DNA from: an uncultured virus (IMG/VR IMGVR_UViG_3300034200_002321)
Lineage: Duplodnaviria; Heunggongvirae; Uroviricota; Caudoviricetes
DNA length: 20,000 nt
Virus record (IMG/VR): IMGVR_UViG_3300034200_002321
Direction: 5' to 3' (one strand)
Positions 1 through 6,754 of the stretch are shown one piece after another (the stretch's first letter is position 1; every line of letters begins with the position of its first letter). The position numbers were made by a program, and so were the translations under genes. The notes below the pieces were generated by a model. That model did not search any database and was not told the origin of the DNA. It worked only from the letters and a program-made list of their open reading frames with translations.

Positions 1-129
1 TTTCTTTGCCGGTGGCGTTGCCGGTGGCGTTGCCGGTGGCGTTGCCGGTGGCGTGTTGGCAGCGGTTGGCAGCATTGCCTGAAGCGCGGCCAGTGTCTGA
101 GCGAGTGCTGTGAGTGTTTGTGCGTCCAT
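1..129 (-). CDS. 5' part of a leftward hypothetical protein (MDAQTLTALAQTLAALQAMLPTAANTPPATPPATPPATPPAKK...), runs off the window
   Basis: ATG at 129-127 with an AAGGA RBS upstream on the minus strand; open for 43 codons to the window edge; a minus-strand copy of the 17-bp box lies upstream. Confidence 0.75.
   Translation of the reverse strand, partial: MDAQTLTALAQTLAALQAMLPTAANTPPATPPATPPATPPAKK
6..53. repeat. 4 x 12-bp tandem repeat TTGCCGGTGGCG, encoding (TPPA)4 on the minus strand
   Basis: Read directly from the sequence. Confidence 0.95.
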
Positions 130-201
130 TGTTTGAGTCCTTAAAGCTGGTGATACCTTCCGCTCCGAAGTGGTGCGGCTAGGTTTGGCGTTGCCGTTTT
201 C

Positions 202-218
202 CAGTCGGCAGCACCTGC
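202..218 (-). promoter_or_regulatory. 17-bp box copy 1 (GCAGGTGCTGCCGACTG on the minus strand)
   Basis: Identical to the plus-strand copy at 2015; points toward the leftward gene. Confidence 0.85.
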
Positions 219-300
219 TTTTAATTATATAATTTTCAGACTCTCTAGGTTAAGGCATTTTAAAAATTCTCTGAAATGATAAAATTGGGTGATATTATGG
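219..300. promoter_or_regulatory. AT-rich divergent promoter region
   Basis: Palindrome AATTATATAATT (223-234) gives TATAAT on both strands; TGnTATTAT extended -10-like element at 290-298; flanked by two outward-facing 17-bp boxes. Confidence 0.6.
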
Positions 301-360
301 GCAGGGGATGCCGACTGTATGGTGGGCAGTCCCACCCTACGGGGGAGGACTTCTCCCACC
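301..360 (+). promoter_or_regulatory. 17-bp box copy 2 (GCAGGGGATGCCGACTG, 301-317) plus a long imperfect hairpin (321-360)
   Basis: Motif match; GGTGGG...CCCACC outer stem with inner AGTCC/GGACT pairing. Confidence 0.75.
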
Positions 361-436
361 TGACCGCGGCAGCCTATTATAGGGTGGAAAAGATTCTACC
401 CCGGGGCCGCCTCGCCCTGCCATCGCCTAGGCAGAT

Positions 437-526
437 AGGTGTCAGAAAGCGAAGCCGCGGCTTAATGCCTTGTATGAGGTGTTAGAAAGCGGAACTGCAT
501 GCCTTGTATGAGGTGTCGGAAAGCGG
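437..526 (+). repeat. Imperfect direct repeats ATGCCTTGTATGAGGTGTYRGAAAGCGG (465-492, 499-526) plus a partial copy AGGTGTCAGAAAGCG (437-451)
   Basis: Read directly from the sequence; spacings of 40 and 34 bp. Confidence 0.9.
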
Positions 527-539
527 CATCCATATAAGA

Positions 540-615
540 GCAGGTGTGGCCGACTGGTTCGGCGTGGCGTCGGCTGTCGTCGCCACCCTCACGTCCTTCG
601 ACTTGGAGTCTCATT
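540..615 (+). promoter_or_regulatory. 17-bp box copy 3 (GCAGGTGTGGCCGACTG) plus hairpin 564-586 and TTGGAG RBS
   Basis: Motif match; imperfect inverted repeat GTGGCGTCGGC/GTCGTCGCCAC; TTGGAG before ATG 616. Confidence 0.8.
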
Positions 616-828
616 ATGACGCATTATTGTTTCTGCGGGGCCGCCATCGACCCTGACCGCTTCGACGCCGGCTTTGCCACCTGCATTCAGCATGGTGACA
701 AGCACAGGCATGCTGGATTCATGGTCTTCGACCACAAGACCGCACCACGTCTGGCCATTGTCCCTGTACGACCGGGGACTGAAGAGCCGCTGCGTCTCGC
801 CCACCGCGCCAACCGACGATCACGGTAG
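616..828 (+). CDS. Small zinc-finger protein, TraR/DksA C4-finger-like
   Basis: CFCGAAIDPDRFDAGFATCIQH resembles the CxxCGxxIxxxRxxA...CxxC pattern of DksA/TraR fingers (last ligand His); TTGGAG RBS. Confidence 0.55.
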   Translation: MTHYCFCGAAIDPDRFDAGFATCIQHGDKHRHAGFMVFDHKTAPRLAIVPVRPGTEEPLRLAHRANRRSR

Positions 829-837
829 GAGACGCTC

Positions 838-1251
838 ATGATCCGATGGTTTGATTGTGAAGCTGACGACGCAGGCCGCATCTGCGACAAGGCCTATCAC
901 ATCGCTGAAATATGTGACATCTACATTCGCAGGAACAAAGAGCTGACCATACTGGCCTGTGACGACAGCGGCGACGTCGTCGGGGCTGTCTGGGTGTCGA
1001 TTGAAGGAGACGAGTATGACTTTGATGTCTGTGTACACCCAGAGCACCGCAACCGTCGCCACGGTCTTGATTTGATTGAAGCAGCAATCAGGCATTTCGG
1101 CGACGTTCGGAGTGCATATATCGACCTCGACATGCACATCAAAGTCTGTGTGGTCAATCCGAAACTGGTTCGAGTGCTGGCCGCAAAATACGGTTTTGAC
1201 ATTGAGGCTGAGAAGCCATTAGTCACCATTATGACACTTCACTTGGAGTAG
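838..1251 (+). CDS. GNAT-family N-acetyltransferase
   Basis: DVCVHPEHRNRRHGLDLIEAAI resembles GNAT motif A; C-terminal N-P...KYGF motif; 137 aa; AGGAG RBS. Confidence 0.75.
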   Translation: MIRWFDCEADDAGRICDKAYHIAEICDIYIRRNKELTILACDDSGDVVGAVWVSIEGDEYDFDVCVHPEHRNRRHGLDLIEAAIRHFGDVRSAYIDLDMHIKVCVVNPKLVRVLAAKYGFDIEAEKPLVTIMTLHLE

Positions 1252-1254
1252 AAA

Positions 1255-1410
1255 ATGCTTTGGTACTACGCCGCACACAGTAGCGGATCAGACCCAAATG
1301 AACGCCATCTTACATTCGCAAGCTATGGTCACCGCGACGAGACCAAAGCGTCTGCTGAACAAACAAAGGCGCACAAAGCGACTACGAGGTACAACAAGAA
1401 GCGCAAGTAA
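1255..1410 (+). CDS. 51-aa basic hypothetical protein (MLWYYAAHSS...RYNKKRK), absent from the ORF track
   Basis: TTGGAG RBS at 1243-1248, ATG 1255, TAA ending at 1410 just before box copy 4. Confidence 0.6.
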   Translation: MLWYYAAHSSGSDPNERHLTFASYGHRDETKASAEQTKAHKATTRYNKKRK

Positions 1411-1414
1411 CACT

Positions 1415-1486
1415 GCAGGTGTTGCCGACTGTGTGGTGCTGGCTGCTGTGGTCAGCACCGTCTTTTACTTTCAAAGGACCATTGAT
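1415..1486 (+). promoter_or_regulatory. 17-bp box copy 4 (GCAGGTGTTGCCGACTG) plus hairpin 1435-1459, U-rich tract and AAGGA RBS
   Basis: Motif match; GGTGCTGGC/GTCAGCACC stem. Confidence 0.85.
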
Positions 1487-2014
1487 ATGAACGAGAAGAC
1501 AGAAGAATTCATTGCCGAGCTTGACGCGAGGCCGTTTTGCTGCAGCCCGGAAGTGGCTCGCAAGCTCCTGACCATGCTGTTGGCTCACGAGGCTGATCCA
1601 GACAATCCAGCTAAAGTGCCACTGCGGTGGCATGATGCCGAGATCACAGCCTACCCCCACCCCGACACGGTGTGTTGTGGTAAGAGTGGTATGTACCGAA
1701 TGGTTCTCGGCGGTCGCCCACTTCGGTGGGACGTCGTGGTGGTTGAGGAGCTGCAGCCTCTGACAGTGCTCAAAAACATCCGAGTTCGCCGGAAAAGCAG
1801 CGTGACCAAATTCGGCGTCAGTGACTGCAGCGAACAGGCGGTCAAGACTGCAATCAAGATCGCTGCTGAGAAGCACAACGTCAACCCGAACGACATTCAG
1901 TGGACGATCGATAACATCGACGAGGGAGTTGGCGACGTGCACCTTATGCACGTCAAACAGACACCTTGGAGCGAGTGGCGACAGCAGCAGGAATCCCCCG
2001 TTGCTGTCTCATAG
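1487..2014 (+). CDS. Hypothetical protein (MNEKTEEFIAEL...)
   Basis: ORF; start moved to ATG 1487 based on the RBS and the upstream box. Confidence 0.75.
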   Translation: MNEKTEEFIAELDARPFCCSPEVARKLLTMLLAHEADPDNPAKVPLRWHDAEITAYPHPDTVCCGKSGMYRMVLGGRPLRWDVVVVEELQPLTVLKNIRVRRKSSVTKFGVSDCSEQAVKTAIKIAAEKHNVNPNDIQWTIDNIDEGVGDVHLMHVKQTPWSEWRQQQESPVAVS

Positions 2015-2088
2015 GCAGGTGCTGCCGACTGTGTGGTGCTGGCTGCTGTGGCCAGCACCGTTTTGTGTTTTTCTTGGAGACAATCACA
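2015..2088 (+). promoter_or_regulatory. 17-bp box copy 5 (GCAGGTGCTGCCGACTG) plus hairpin 2035-2059, U-rich tract and TTGGAG RBS
   Basis: Begins immediately after the TAG stop; perfect 9-bp stem GGTGCTGGC/GCCAGCACC. Confidence 0.9.
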
Positions 2089-3045
2089 ATGGCGTCAATT
2101 GGTAAAATCATCTGGGCTCATTTCGACGAGCAGAATGCTAAGGCAAAAGCTGCTGATGCACGGCAGCAGGGAGATGAAGCGGCAGCAGCTGCCGCTGATG
2201 CTGAAGCGGATGAGGCCGCGAAGGCCAAGGCTCTGGCTGACGCTCAGATGACCTTGAAGATGTCGGTGATGCACACAATCACCTGCACCTGCGGTGACAT
2301 CCTGGACCAGAGGACAGCCCGAGTGTTTCAGATTCACGGTCACGTTCGCCGTGTCCTCTGCCCTCGGTGTGCAGAGCAAGTTGTGACAAGGCTGCGGGAG
2401 AAGGATGCCTCTCGGTTGTCACAAGAGGATCAGGATACTATTGCAAACATGCAGGTGCTTTGGTGGAAACGTGGTGCCCAGCCCCTGAGGGAGGCTGAAT
2501 TTGACAAACCCAAAAAACCCAAGGCACCGCGTGGCACTGGTAAGAAGGCGTTCGCCAGTGTTCTCCGAGTGCTGGAGACACATAGCAAAAAGGGCCAGTC
2601 AGGGGCTGCTCAGGCTCATCTGGATCATGGCTTGGTGATTTCATACGCGTTTTGGATTCAGTTGCCACCAGAAAGCCCGCTGCGAGCTCCTACTGCGATT
2701 GCCGGCGAACGGAACCGCGATTACGAGTGTATGGTACGCAGCGTACAGGAATGGAAACGATCACCCCAAGTGGCACCCCTGACTATCGATGTCAACCCAC
2801 AGAAGATGGACGGTTGCTGGGGTCACGTGGTGAGACACGAAGGCAAGCCGGTGACTCGCACATTTGTCGATGCGAAATATCTTGAAACCATTTGCGAGTT
2901 CACCGATCTCGGTGGTCTGATCAGCTGCTGGGCGACGGAAGAGATCAAAGCAGATCAGCCGTTGCGGTGCCAGATTCTTATCCTCGATCCCGGCAACAAC
3001 GTGGTCGCTGGGGTCATGCCATTCTACGAACGGGAGGTGGTTTGA
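2089..3045 (+). CDS. Hypothetical protein: Ala-rich helix, CxC...CxxC zinc ribbon, Lys-rich linker and a possibly sliding-clamp-like C-terminal domain
   Basis: ORF from ATG 2089 (MASIGKII); CTC and CPRC motifs; FVDAKYL and terminal VAGVMP. Confidence 0.75.
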   Translation: MASIGKIIWAHFDEQNAKAKAADARQQGDEAAAAAADAEADEAAKAKALADAQMTLKMSVMHTITCTCGDILDQRTARVFQIHGHVRRVLCPRCAEQVVTRLREKDASRLSQEDQDTIANMQVLWWKRGAQPLREAEFDKPKKPKAPRGTGKKAFASVLRVLETHSKKGQSGAAQAHLDHGLVISYAFWIQLPPESPLRAPTAIAGERNRDYECMVRSVQEWKRSPQVAPLTIDVNPQKMDGCWGHVVRHEGKPVTRTFVDAKYLETICEFTDLGGLISCWATEEIKADQPLRCQILILDPGNNVVAGVMPFYEREVV

Positions 3046-3189
3046 GTGCGATTCTTCAATGAGGCACAGGCGTGGCGGTATCTGAAACACAAATACCCAG
3101 CAGCCGTGCAGCGGCAGTATCGAGTTGTCCCCTGCAATCAGCCAGCTGATTGCGGGGGGCTTTCTTTTCACATTGTCCAAAGGAAATAG
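3046..3189 (+). CDS. 47-aa hypothetical protein (MRFFNEAQAWRYLKHKY...), absent from the ORF track
   Basis: GGGAGG RBS at 3032-3037; GTG directly after the previous TGA; fills the gap exactly. Confidence 0.6.
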   Translation: MRFFNEAQAWRYLKHKYPAAVQRQYRVVPCNQPADCGGLSFHIVQRK

Positions 3190-3193
3190 AGTT

Positions 3194-3634
3194 GTGAAGT
3201 ACAAAGAAGTTGTGGAGACCTTGTTCAAACTGTTGGCTGTGGCAAACGCAGCAGATGCAGACGATGCCGCCGATTGGCAGGCACCGAAAGATGCGAATCA
3301 GAGAGACGGGCTGTTTGGTGACATACATAAAGCCATCCTCCGAATTGCCGGGAACGACGTGCTCGATCACTGGGCCGCAAGCGGCGAGGTAGAGATGCGA
3401 CTTTGCCGCCGGACGCTCCAGCAGCACGACGATCGGTATGCGAAGGCGTGGTATGTTCGCATGCCGAGAGAGTTCCATGCACTCGGACCATACAGGTTCA
3501 AGAGCCATGTCACGGCAGAACACGCAGTCGAACTGGTCATTGCCCAGTTCGGACTCCCGCCCGCTGAGGTCTGGCCGGATGGTGAGACGACGGAGGGAAA
3601 CATGTACGAGTACGACTACACGTATACGGAGTAG
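3194..3634 (+). CDS. Hypothetical protein (MKYKEVVETLF...YEYDYTYTE)
   Basis: GTG start with AAGGA RBS; TAG overlaps box copy 6. Confidence 0.7.
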   Translation: MKYKEVVETLFKLLAVANAADADDAADWQAPKDANQRDGLFGDIHKAILRIAGNDVLDHWAASGEVEMRLCRRTLQQHDDRYAKAWYVRMPREFHALGPYRFKSHVTAEHAVELVIAQFGLPPAEVWPDGETTEGNMYEYDYTYTE

Positions 3635-3702
3635 CAGAGGTCGCCGACTGGTACACTGTCGACCGGTGTGGTCGGCAGCTAACTTTTTTCTTGGAGAAAA
3701 AC
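3634..3702 (+). promoter_or_regulatory. 17-bp box copy 6 (GCAGAGGTCGCCGACTG) plus hairpin 3656-3678, U tract and TTGGAG RBS
   Basis: Motif match; CTGTCGACC/GGTCGGCAG stem. Confidence 0.85.
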
Positions 3703-4044
3703 ATGTTGCATGAACAGGCTGAACAGATCCTCGCAGAGGTGACCACACTCCCCCTGCGGAACCCAGATGATTTCATCGATGCAGTTCTCAATCGCATCCC
3801 TCTCGACGATGATCCTGATGGCTGGTGTATTGAAGACCTAAGCTTGGACGAGTGGAGTGGCGAACATGACGGGGTCCGGTACTTGTACCGGAACAACGGG
3901 GATTACAATCGCGATACATCTCCTGTGTTCTGGGTACACCAGCCACTTACGCATGACGAGCCCATCAAGTTCGGCTACAGCCCGTGGCCGCCGGGATTGC
4001 AGAACACATTTTTGGACGCTGAACGAAAGGGACAACGACCATGA
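3703..4044 (+). CDS. Acidic hypothetical protein, paralogous to the N-terminus of 4594-5718
   Basis: ATG 3703 with RBS; near-identical translation to the second repeat copy. Confidence 0.8.
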   Translation: MLHEQAEQILAEVTTLPLRNPDDFIDAVLNRIPLDDDPDGWCIEDLSLDEWSGEHDGVRYLYRNNGDYNRDTSPVFWVHQPLTHDEPIKFGYSPWPPGLQNTFLDAERKGQRP

Positions 4045-4313
4045 TGATTCAAGAACTGATCGAACGCCTGGAAAAACTCCGCGAGCTCCACGGACCGGAC
4101 TGCGAAGTCCGCTTGATGACTCAACCGACGTGGCCGTTCCAGACGACCATTGGCGGGATTGTGAGCTCGGAAGAGATTCACCGGGCGGATGCGGAACGTT
4201 GTAGACCATTCTATGCGATAGACGACGATGGCGACGCTCCGCCGGAGGTGGTCTTCCTCCTCGAAGGCACCCAACTCAGGTACGGATCCAAGTCCGCCTG
4301 GAATCTGGTCTGA
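4041..4313 (+). CDS. Small hypothetical phage-type protein (MMIQELIERLE...EVRLMTQPTWPF)
   Basis: ATGA overlap with the previous gene; plausible protein composition. Confidence 0.75.
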   Translation: MMIQELIERLEKLRELHGPDCEVRLMTQPTWPFQTTIGGIVSSEEIHRADAERCRPFYAIDDDGDAPPEVVFLLEGTQLRYGSKSAWNLV

Positions 4314-4328
4314 ACCGGGAGCCACGAC

Positions 4329-4539
4329 ATGCCACGCCTGAGTTGCCTGAAACCCGGCACTCGATTCCGGGTGCCCGAACTGGACCTGACAGCGACGCTG
4401 CTGATGGTGAACGAATGCCGGGCAGCACGCAGTCGAACAGGCCATTGCCCAGTTCGGAGTGGCACCCTCTGAAGTCTGGCCGGATGGTGAGACGACGGAG
4501 GGAAACGAGTATGAGTACGACTACACATACACTGAGTAG
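4329..4539 (+). pseudogene. Chimeric remnant: a gene start (MPRLSCLKPGTRFRVPELDL...) joined out of frame at about 4426 to the duplicated 3' end of the 3194-3634 gene
   Basis: GGGAG RBS and ATG 4329, stop at 4470-4472; the duplicated HAVEQAIAQFG...YTE* segment (4426-4539) is in a different frame. Confidence 0.65.
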
Positions 4540-4593
4540 CAGAGGTCGCCGACCGGTGTGGTCGGCAGCTAACTTTTTTGTGGAGAAAAAAAG
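4539..4593 (+). promoter_or_regulatory. 17-bp box copy 7 (GCAGAGGTCGCCGACCG), lacking 15 bp relative to copy 6, plus hairpin 4548-4566 and GGAG RBS
   Basis: Direct comparison with 3634-3702. Confidence 0.8.
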
Positions 4594-5718
4594 ATGTTGA
4601 ATGAACAGGCTGAACAGATCCTCGCAGAGGTGGCCACACTCCCCCTGCGGAACCCAGATGACTTCATCGATAGGGTGCTCGATCGCATTCCTCTCGACGA
4701 CGATCCCGATGGCTGGAGTATTGAAGAGCTGGACTTGGACGAGTGGGCTGGCGAACGAGACGGGGTCCGGTACTTGTACCGGAACAACGGGGACTACGAT
4801 CGCGACACATCACCTGTGTTCTGGGTACACGAGCCGCTCACGCATGACGAGCCCATCAAGTTCGGCTACAGCCCGTGGCCGCCAGCACAAGCCGCTCTCC
4901 GGGCGGCGTACTGTGAGAAACACAAACGAAAGGAATGCCCGCACTGCCAGGCTCTCATCCACCAAGACTGCGTCAGCTGTCCAAGCTGTGATCGGTACCT
5001 CGACACTGGCGGCCCTGTGGTTCCGGTTGAAAACGTGCTGCCGGAGGAGAGTTGGTACTGTCTGGAGGACGGCGGCAGCGATCGGTATCGCTGGGTGTAC
5101 GGTCAGCTCCTTCCAACAGACGACCCCGGGGTGCTGGTAATCGAGTTGGATGTACTGCCGTCTGACGGCCGGCGAGACCACGATGCACCGGAACAGTGGT
5201 GTGTTACAATTCGGTTTGCCATGCCCGACGGGGTGCGCAAGCAGGACCGGCAAGCCATGTTTGCGTCTCTGGGCATTGAGTCGTGGACGCCAACAAGCAA
5301 TCGATTTGCAGTTGAAGAGGTCTGGGAGGGTGCTGTTGACATACCGAAAAAGCACCAGCGTCGGCTGGGCTGGAAGGGAGTGCAACTTGTCCCTGGCGGG
5401 AGCGTTGACCTCTGTATGTTCAGCGAGTATGCAGATGCACGTCGTTGGTGCAACGAGCGTAACAAGTGGTTTGCTCAGGCTGTCAAAGCCATGGCTTGCT
5501 TGGACTACGGACTGTCGGCTGCGTTTTGGCAGTCCACTGGGTACTGCCCGTCGAGGCTCGTGGCCGCCGCCCGTGAAGAGGCTGCTGGCATCCACATAAT
5601 CATGACAGGGTGCAGCCTTGACAAACCACAGAATGGGGTTGGTGCAACCGGCTGGGAGACTTGCCGCGGCTACGATGTCACCAAGGCGGTAAAGAGGGCC
5701 TTGAAAGAACAGAAGTAG
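4594..5718 (+). CDS. Hypothetical protein: duplicated N-terminal domain, CPHC/CPSC zinc ribbon and a unique C-terminal region
   Basis: 374-aa ORF with RBS. Confidence 0.8.
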   Translation: MLNEQAEQILAEVATLPLRNPDDFIDRVLDRIPLDDDPDGWSIEELDLDEWAGERDGVRYLYRNNGDYDRDTSPVFWVHEPLTHDEPIKFGYSPWPPAQAALRAAYCEKHKRKECPHCQALIHQDCVSCPSCDRYLDTGGPVVPVENVLPEESWYCLEDGGSDRYRWVYGQLLPTDDPGVLVIELDVLPSDGRRDHDAPEQWCVTIRFAMPDGVRKQDRQAMFASLGIESWTPTSNRFAVEEVWEGAVDIPKKHQRRLGWKGVQLVPGGSVDLCMFSEYADARRWCNERNKWFAQAVKAMACLDYGLSAAFWQSTGYCPSRLVAAAREEAAGIHIIMTGCSLDKPQNGVGATGWETCRGYDVTKAVKRALKEQK

Positions 5719-5737
5719 ACTGGCTCTTGCCTGACCA

Positions 5738-5806
5738 GCAGGGGCGGCTGACTGTGTGGTGCTGGCTGTCGTGGCCAGCACCTTTTTCCTTCTTGGAGGA
5801 GTGAAT
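5738..5806 (+). promoter_or_regulatory. 17-bp box copy 8 (GCAGGGGCGGCTGACTG) plus hairpin 5758-5782, U tract and TTGGAGG RBS
   Basis: Motif match; perfect GGTGCTGGC/GCCAGCACC stem. Confidence 0.85.
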
Positions 5807-5989
5807 ATGACATACTATTACGGTAGCGAATACCCACGAGAGCCGCTCATCATCCGATTCTGGAGCACGCAAGGACATTTTGCGGCATGGGACATCGTCG
5901 CCAGCGCCTGCGTCGGCATTTGTACTCCTCGGCTGTTGGTGATGACAAGCCCCGCGTTTGTGGTTCCCGCCGTGGAGGTGCAGCAGTGA
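5807..5989 (+). CDS. 60-aa hypothetical protein (MTYYYGSEY...VEVQQ)
   Basis: GGAGGAG RBS, ATG 5807. Confidence 0.6.
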   Translation: MTYYYGSEYPREPLIIRFWSTQGHFAAWDIVASACVGICTPRLLVMTSPAFVVPAVEVQQ

Positions 5990-6354
5990 GTATCCACGGG
6001 TGTATGGTGGGCGTGACTGTGATTCATTCCCACAGCAAATGCGAGGCGTGTTCAGATACTGGGCTCGACCCAGAAACCAATTGGGACGCCTGCCCGCGGT
6101 GTCATGGCGCAGTAAATGGCACGCCGGTAGTCTACTTGGTTCTCGGCGGACAGGAAATTACCGGCCAAAAAAGGCTGCGGCTACTTAACCCGCCATCGTT
6201 TGACAGCAACTACTATTCAGGCCTGTTCGGCGTGACTATCTGGAGCACAGGCGACCGCGTGATGATCGGTGAAAAACACTGGGCTAATCGCGTCGGCTAT
6301 ACGGCAATTCAGTTGGCTCAACAACCAGTTCCGCCTGTGGAGGTGCAGCAGTGA
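5986..6354 (+). CDS. Hypothetical protein with a CxxC...CxxC zinc-binding motif (CEACSDTG...CPRCHG)
   Basis: GGAGG RBS with GTGA overlap. Confidence 0.65.
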   Translation: MSIHGCMVGVTVIHSHSKCEACSDTGLDPETNWDACPRCHGAVNGTPVVYLVLGGQEITGQKRLRLLNPPSFDSNYYSGLFGVTIWSTGDRVMIGEKHWANRVGYTAIQLAQQPVPPVEVQQ

Positions 6355-6491
6355 CAAAACCATACACCGCCAAATTCCTCGCAGCCGAAAAGCGCCGGAC
6401 CACGATCCACGACCACCAGCGCCGTATCTGCGTGCTGAAAGAAGCAGCCCGTCAGATCAAAGAAAGGGAGACACGTCGTGAAAAAAGTTAA
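6351..6491 (+). CDS. 46-aa basic hypothetical protein (MTKPYTAKFL...), absent from the ORF track
   Basis: GGAGG RBS with GTGA overlap; TAA at 6489-6491. Confidence 0.55.
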   Translation: MTKPYTAKFLAAEKRRTTIHDHQRRICVLKEAARQIKERETRREKS

Positions 6492-6666
6492 ACTCAAGTA
6501 CCCCATATTCCTCAAAGGAAAAGGCCTGCCAAAAGATGGGGTGTGTGTGCTCAACGAAGGGCAGGAAGTCGAAGTCCAACAGCTGGGCAACAACCTTGTC
6601 GAGATGACAGCCACGTATCGCGGCAAACAGATCACGTGGCGCACACTTGACAGTGTGTATTGGTAG
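6478..6666 (+). CDS. 62-aa hypothetical protein
   Basis: GGGAG RBS, GTG start; TAG overlaps box copy 9. Confidence 0.7.
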   Translation: MKKVKLKYPIFLKGKGLPKDGVCVLNEGQEVEVQQLGNNLVEMTATYRGKQITWRTLDSVYW

Positions 6667-6754
6667 CAGGTGCTGGCGACTGTGAGTGTGACCGCTGGCC
6701 AGCTGCGGCTGGTCAGTGTCGTGTTCACTTTTGTTTTCTCTTGGAGAGACTCTT
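6666..6754 (+). promoter_or_regulatory. 17-bp box copy 9 (GCAGGTGCTGGCGACTG) plus hairpin 6694-6717, U-rich tract and TTGGAG RBS
   Basis: Motif match; GCTGGCCAGC/GCTGGTCAGT stem. Confidence 0.85.

Larger units (their letters stand above)
3521..4883 (+). repeat. Diverged direct repeat of about 460-470 bp: 3521-3992 and 4426-4883
   Basis: Both copies contain a gene 3' end (HAVE...YDYTYTE*), the box/hairpin leader and the first 96-97 codons of the next gene (ML.EQAEQILAEV...FGYSPWPP). Confidence 0.95.

Noticed and set aside
301..436. tRNA or known self-cleaving ribozyme
   Set aside because: No T-loop GTTCRA cloverleaf or hammerhead CTGANGA/GAAA core seen by eye; other classes need an Infernal search
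276..485. 69-aa ORF from the track
   Set aside because: No RBS; runs through the box, hairpins and repeats; implausible composition
437..526. Mini CRISPR array
   Set aside because: Only two full repeats separated by 6 bp, no spacer-length unique sequences and no cas genes
3521..4883. Diversity-generating retroelement TR/VR pair
   Set aside because: Differences are not adenine-specific (T/C, C/G and G/T changes occur, many synonymous) and no reverse transcriptase is present
4810..5781. Long antisense ORFs (also 3056-3748, 9072-9704, 15161-15934, 17400-18092, 18062-18841)
   Set aside because: Shadow ORFs opposite better-supported genes, with no recognisable motifs
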